DNA from: Candidatus Krumholzibacteriia bacterium
GTDB taxonomy: Bacteria; Krumholzibacteriota; Krumholzibacteriia; Krumholzibacteriales; Krumholzibacteriaceae
Length of the DNA: 64,000 nucleotides
Direction of reading: 5' to 3'
Assembly (NCBI GenBank): GCA_963836185.1
Contig: CAWIIQ010000001.1
Span: 1,728,001-1,792,000 of the forward strand
The position numbers were made by a program, and so were the translations under genes. How positions within the stretch are numbered: the first letter of the stretch is position 1; every line of letters begins with the position of its first letter. Shown one piece after another: positions 59,958 through 64,000 of the stretch. The notes beneath the pieces were generated by a model that saw only the letters and a list, made by a program, of their open reading frames with translations, made no database searches and was not told the DNA's origin.

Positions 59958-62319
59958 TTCTTCTCCCGGCCTTTCCGCCGTCACCGGCGAGCGCAATCGA
60001 TATTCCTTTATCAACAGTGTCTATAAATTCGAATTTGATATCTCTTCTGATGCCGGGGGGAATATCGTCCAGGTCCTTCCTGTTCGAGGAAGGAAGGATA
60101 ACTTCCCTTATACCGGCACGATGGGCGGCGATGACCTTGTCCCTTACCGCCCCCACGGGGAGCACCTTACCCGTCAGCGTGATCTCGCCAGTCATCGCGA
60201 CATCGTTGCGGATCTTCCTGTCTGTCGCCAGCGAGGCAAGTGAGACCGCTATCGCGACGCCTGCGCTCGGCCCGTCCTTGGGAACGGCCCCGGACGGAAT
60301 ATGCAGGTGAAGGTCGGAGTTTTCAAAGAATTTCTCATCTTCCATATCCCCGCTCATGCTGGCGCGTACGTAACTCATCGCGGCCTGGGCCGATTCTTTC
60401 ATCACGTCGCCGAGCTGGCCGGTCAGTTTCACCGTGCCTGCGCCTCTCATGCCGAGAGCTTCCACGAAGAGTATTACTCCTCCCGCGGCAGTCTTCGCCA
60501 TACCGGTAGCGACACCCTTTTCAGGTCGCGGCAGCATCTGCTGGTCGGGATATCCAGCCGCGCCGAGCCAGGACTCTAGGTTCCTCGATGACACCTTCCA
60601 CGGCCCCCTTGTCCCTTCGACCATCTTTCTCGCCGCTCGTCTAGCGAGGGTCGAGATCTTCCGCTCAAGGTTTCTGACGCCGGCTTCCCTCGTATATCTC
60701 TCGACAATCATCCTCAAGGCGTCGTCAGTCACAATAAGCTTCGAGGGCGGCACGCCGTTCTCCTCGAGCTGTCTCGGATAGAGATATTTCCTCGCTATCT
60801 TGACCTTCTCCGCCGTGATGTACCCGGACAGCTCTATTACTTCCATCCTGTCCAGAAGGGCCGCGGGGATCGTATCGGGGATGTTGGCGGTCGTTATGAA
60901 CATCACTGCCGAGAGGTCGAAGGGAGTGTTGATATAGTTATCCTCAAATGAACTGTTCTGCTGAGGATCGAGCACCTCGAGAAGAGCTGAGGCCGGATCG
61001 CCCCTGAAGTCCTTGCCAAGCTTGTCGATCTCATCGAGCATGAATACGGGATTGCTGCTCCCCGCGTTTTTGATCCCCTGGATGATCCTGCCGGGAAGAG
61101 CGCCGATGTATGTCCGCCTGTGCCCCCTTATCTCCGCCTCGTCCCGTATGCCGCCGAGAGAGATGCGCACGAATCCCCTCCCCATCGCGGAAGCGATACT
61201 CATCCCCAGTGATGTCTTCCCGACGCCGGGTGGACCGGTAAGGCAGAGAATCGACCCCTTGGAGTCCTTCTTGAGCTTTCTGACCGACAGGTACTCGAGT
61301 ATCCGTTCCTTTACATGCTCGAGATCATAATGGTCCCTGTCGAGGATCCGCCGTGCCTTCCTTATGTCGAGCGAATCATTCGTCTGCTCCATCCAGGGAA
61401 GATCCAGGATCCAGTCGACATAGGTCCTCGCCACGGTATATTCCGCCGAACCGGGGGCCATCCTCGACAGCCTCCCCCATTCCCTCTCCACGGCGGAACG
61501 TGCCGTCTCAGGCATGTCCTTCGAATCGATCCTCTCCTTGAGGTCATCGAGCTCGACTGACGCGTCTTCCTCTCCCAGTTCTTTCTGTATCGCTCTTATC
61601 TGCTGGCGCAGGTAGTACTCTCGCTGTTCCCGGTCCATCTCGTGACGGACATCCTGTCTTATCTTCTCGCCCATCCTCGCTATCTCAAGTTCGCCGTTAA
61701 GGAGATCATAGACCAGCTCGAGGCGTTTGAAAGGATCGAGAAGCTCGAGAGCGGCCTGTTTCGATTCGATACCCGTGTTGATGTTCGCCGTTACCAGGTC
61801 CGCAAGCCTTCCCGGTTCCCTGACTCCGGCTATCACGCCCTTGAGTTCGTCCGGATAGCTCTCTGAAGCGTCGACCAGCCTTGAGAACGCGTTGACTACA
61901 TTCAGCATCATCGCCCGGGCCTTCCTCCTGTTGCCGTTCTTCTCTTCGAGAGTAGAAACGGCGACCCGCATCATCGGCGGATCCTCGAGGAAATCCCCGG
62001 CCTTTATTCGTGCGATGCCCTGGCCGATTATCCTGATATGCCCGTCAGGAAACCTGGCCATCTTCTGGATCAGCATCGCGCATCCGATGCTGTATATATC
62101 GTCCGGACCCGGGGATGACTCTGCCGGATCTTTCTGCGTAAAGACGCCGACGATCTTTGCCTGGCCAAGAGCCTCATCGACGAGACTTATAAGGTTCTCA
62201 TCGGTCAGGATAAGCGGCACGAGCATATACGGGAATACCACGCCGTCGTTTATCGGGATGACGGCCAGTTCTGCCGGTATATCCTTTATCAGGTCCTGAT
62301 CTCTGGTAGATTCGTTCGT
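59944..62319 (-). CDS. lon: Lon protease (probable non-canonical ACG start)
   Basis: GPPGVGKTS, DEIDK and PKDGPSAG; conserved LAVIPINDGVVFP lies upstream of the first canonical start (GTG 62241). Confidence 0.95.
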   Translation of the reverse strand, partial: TNESTRDQDLIKDIPAELAVIPINDGVVFPYMLVPLILTDENLISLVDEALGQAKIVGVFTQKDPAESSPGPDDIYSIGCAMLIQKMARFPDGHIRIIGQGIARIKAGDFLEDPPMMRVAVSTLEEKNGNRRKARAMMLNVVNAFSRLVDASESYPDELKGVIAGVREPGRLADLVTANINTGIESKQAALELLDPFKRLELVYDLLNGELEIARMGEKIRQDVRHEMDREQREYYLRQQIRAIQKELGEEDASVELDDLKERIDSKDMPETARSAVEREWGRLSRMAPGSAEYTVARTYVDWILDLPWMEQTNDSLDIRKARRILDRDHYDLEHVKERILEYLSVRKLKKDSKGSILCLTGPPGVGKTSLGMSIASAMGRGFVRISLGGIRDEAEIRGHRRTYIGALPGRIIQGIKNAGSSNPVFMLDEIDKLGKDFRGDPASALLEVLDPQQNSSFEDNYINTPFDLSAVMFITTANIPDTIPAALLDRMEVIELSGYITAEKVKIARKYLYPRQLEENGVPPSKLIVTDDALRMIVERYTREAGVRNLERKISTLARRAARKMVEGTRGPWKVSSRNLESWLGAAGYPDQQMLPRPEKGVATGMAKTAAGGVILFVEALGMRGAGTVKLTGQLGDVMKESAQAAMSYVRASMSGDMEDEKFFENSDLHLHIPSGAVPKDGPSAGVAIAVSLASLATDRKIRNDVAMTGEITLTGKVLPVGAVRDKVIAAHRAGIREVILPSSNRKDLDDIPPGIRRDIKFEFIDTVDKGISIALAGDGGKAGRRNAKR

Positions 62320-62331
62320 TTGAAACGCTCC

Positions 62332-62754
62332 CTACTCTATTTCGACCTTCCTGACACGGCTCGAAGGATCGGTCCTGGCGATCCTGACTTCGAGCATGCC
62401 ACGGTCATAACGTGCCTTTGTATCTCCATGATCGACCTGAACAGGCAGTTCGATCTCCTTGAAAAACCTGCCGATGCGGACCTCTATCTGGTGGTACTTC
62501 TTTCTTCCCTCACAGCACGAAGTGCCCCTGACTCCCCCGATCCTCAATTTACTGCCATCGGTCACGATATTTATCGAATCACTGTCCATTCCGGCTATAT
62601 CGACTATTACTATCACCTCAGCTTCGGTGACTATCACATCAGCCGCCGGTTCCCAGGAGAGATCTGAGGGAAACTTCATCCCCGCCCCTTCCTCCTCGCT
62701 GGAAAAGAATATACGGGTCTTTCTGCCTCTTCCGCTCCCATGGTCGTTTCTCAT
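62332..62754 (-). CDS. Hsp20/alpha-crystallin family protein
   Basis: WEPAADV, VDIAG, GRFFKEIELP and ARYDRGMLEV. Confidence 0.9.
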   Translation of the reverse strand: MRNDHGSGRGRKTRIFFSSEEEGAGMKFPSDLSWEPAADVIVTEAEVIVIVDIAGMDSDSINIVTDGSKLRIGGVRGTSCCEGRKKYHQIEVRIGRFFKEIELPVQVDHGDTKARYDRGMLEVRIARTDPSSRVRKVEIE

Positions 62755-62806
62755 TGAAGGGCAATACCTTTCGTTTTCCGGACTCACAGTTCTCCAGATG
62801 GTGTCG

Positions 62807-62849
62807 AGGATAGAAAAGGCTGGATTTAAAGTCAATTCAAAAGGCTGGA
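62807..62849 (-). promoter_or_regulatory. sigma70 promoter of hsp20-lon with an 11-bp direct repeat
   Basis: TTGACT-17-TATCCT; TCCAGCCTTTT at 62849-62839 and 62824-62814. Confidence 0.6.
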
Positions 62850-62933
62850 CATGGCAAGACGGAATGCCCTTCTACCCTTTATCCCGTCGATACCCGACAG
62901 GCACGGATCAGCGGGCATCCCGCCATAAGCGTT

Positions 62934-63380
62934 CTACTTCCTGTTCGTGTCTATCTTCGTGTTTCCCCCATGATAGACTACCGGTTCATCGAATCCGACA
63001 AGGCTGTAACTCGACAGCCTCTTCTCATCGATATTCCAGTCGTACAGGATATTGTCATCGTCGAAATCGAGCATGTAGACGAGAACGGAGTTTCCTCCTT
63101 TACCCTGGATGTAATAGATGAACCGTTCCTCGTCCTTGACCTTGGAAGTCAGGTAGACATTCGGCATCCCCCAGGAGGCGATGACCTCGTCCTCGTTCAT
63201 TCCCCTGATGATCTCTCCGTTCCGGATATTCTCCTCGAACGAGCTCTCCGGATGACCTTCGATATAGATCTCCCTCGCGTCACTGGAGGTGAAATCCTCT
63301 CTTTCGACCTGGGTGGTACAGGAACATCCTGAGACGAAGATCAGCATGGGCATTGCGAATAGAAGCGGCAGGTACCTCAT
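62934..63380 (-). CDS. Lipoprotein with SmpA/BamE-like motif
   Basis: Lipobox VSG-C and GMNEDEVIASWGMP; AGGAGG SD. Confidence 0.7.
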   Translation of the reverse strand: MRYLPLLFAMPMLIFVSGCSCTTQVEREDFTSSDAREIYIEGHPESSFEENIRNGEIIRGMNEDEVIASWGMPNVYLTSKVKDEERFIYYIQGKGGNSVLVYMLDFDDDNILYDWNIDEKRLSSYSLVGFDEPVVYHGGNTKIDTNRK

Positions 63381-63494
63381 GAACTCCCTCCTTGATTATA
63401 GGAGGCTTCCTTCGGGGGCAATCTCACGGTGGGTCGTGAACGGACAGAACTCGCCCCATAAAAATCACCATACTATCTAAAGTATATTTCGTTT

Positions 63495-64000
63495 TCAGGG
63501 AGTGTCAACCGTGCCGGGAAGGGATTCATAGAGCCGCAGTGAGACCCCGGGAAGATCATGTTTCGCAGAAAGGCTCATGCCCGTCTCGAAATACTCCATG
63601 ACGTAGCCCTCGGCATCTGTATCCCACATCCTGCAACTCAGCAGCCAGACCCTTCTACGCCCCTCCATCATCCTGATAATCTTCCTTTCAACACCATCGC
63701 GGTCCAGATGTGCCGCGTAGACAGACTCTACCGGGCGGTCTCCCCTGTAGTAGTAGCGGACCGCGAGGTCCATACCCGGTGCGAGGATCAGGTCTCCCGG
63801 AACAGCCCCATCAGAGATGATCCGCACCGCTCCCCTTATGTCATCCCTTGCATATCGCGGTTCGAAGTAGTAATCCCCGACAGAGAAGAGCATGAGAAGG
63901 CAAAGAGCCGAGCCCGTCGCGATACCAGCGATCCTGGTCCTGGGGATTCCTTGAGCGATGATCGCGATGAAGATGGGAAAGGCGCACATCAGGTACCGGG
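63495..64000 (-). CDS. C-terminal part of a membrane glycosyltransferase (GT-C/GT39-like), truncated by the window
   Basis: TM helices followed by RDDIRGAV...GDLIL...YYY...RVWL periplasmic domain. Confidence 0.6.
   Translation of the reverse strand, partial: RYLMCAFPIFIAIIAQGIPRTRIAGIATGSALCLLMLFSVGDYYFEPRYARDDIRGAVRIISDGAVPGDLILAPGMDLAVRYYYRGDRPVESVYAAHLDRDGVERKIIRMMEGRRRVWLLSCRMWDTDAEGYVMEYFETGMSLSAKHDLPGVSLRLYESLPGTVDTP

Overview
GC-rich bacterial chromosomal segment from a Gram-negative (LPS-making) organism; most genes are on the minus strand. No mobile elements, CRISPR arrays or rRNA were seen. Left arm (1-15 kb): partial 6S RNA, zapA/zapB, thrS-infC-rpmI-rplT-pheS-pheT with an L20-type leader and an ATC start for infC, four tRNAs, a stand-alone dnaK, a CCA-adding enzyme and an ECF sigma/anti-sigma/lipoprotein trio. 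Middle (15-59 kb): glgA/galT, a large EPS locus (Wza/Wzc-type export, Wzx, glycosyltransferases, amino-sugar and rhamnose enzymes, a radical SAM, an NTase plus alkaline-phosphatase-fold pair), an embedded DUF5752-treT-otsB-otsA trehalose operon, and LPS heptose/core genes with msbA. Right end: hsp20-lon. Top novel candidates: (1) an unannotated ~135-nt + strand small RNA at 10271-10406 with its own consensus promoter, a long G-U-rich terminal helix and hairpin loops that each display ACCC, divergent from a Cys-rich orphan ORF; (2) a terminator/antiterminator leader in front of a priming glycosyltransferase (46263-46438); (3) lon has no canonical start before its conserved N-terminus and is in frame with hsp20 across one TAG. 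Four single-base indels cluster in 44.3-47.5 kb and are probably assembly errors. All family calls come from motif recognition by eye; no database searches were run.
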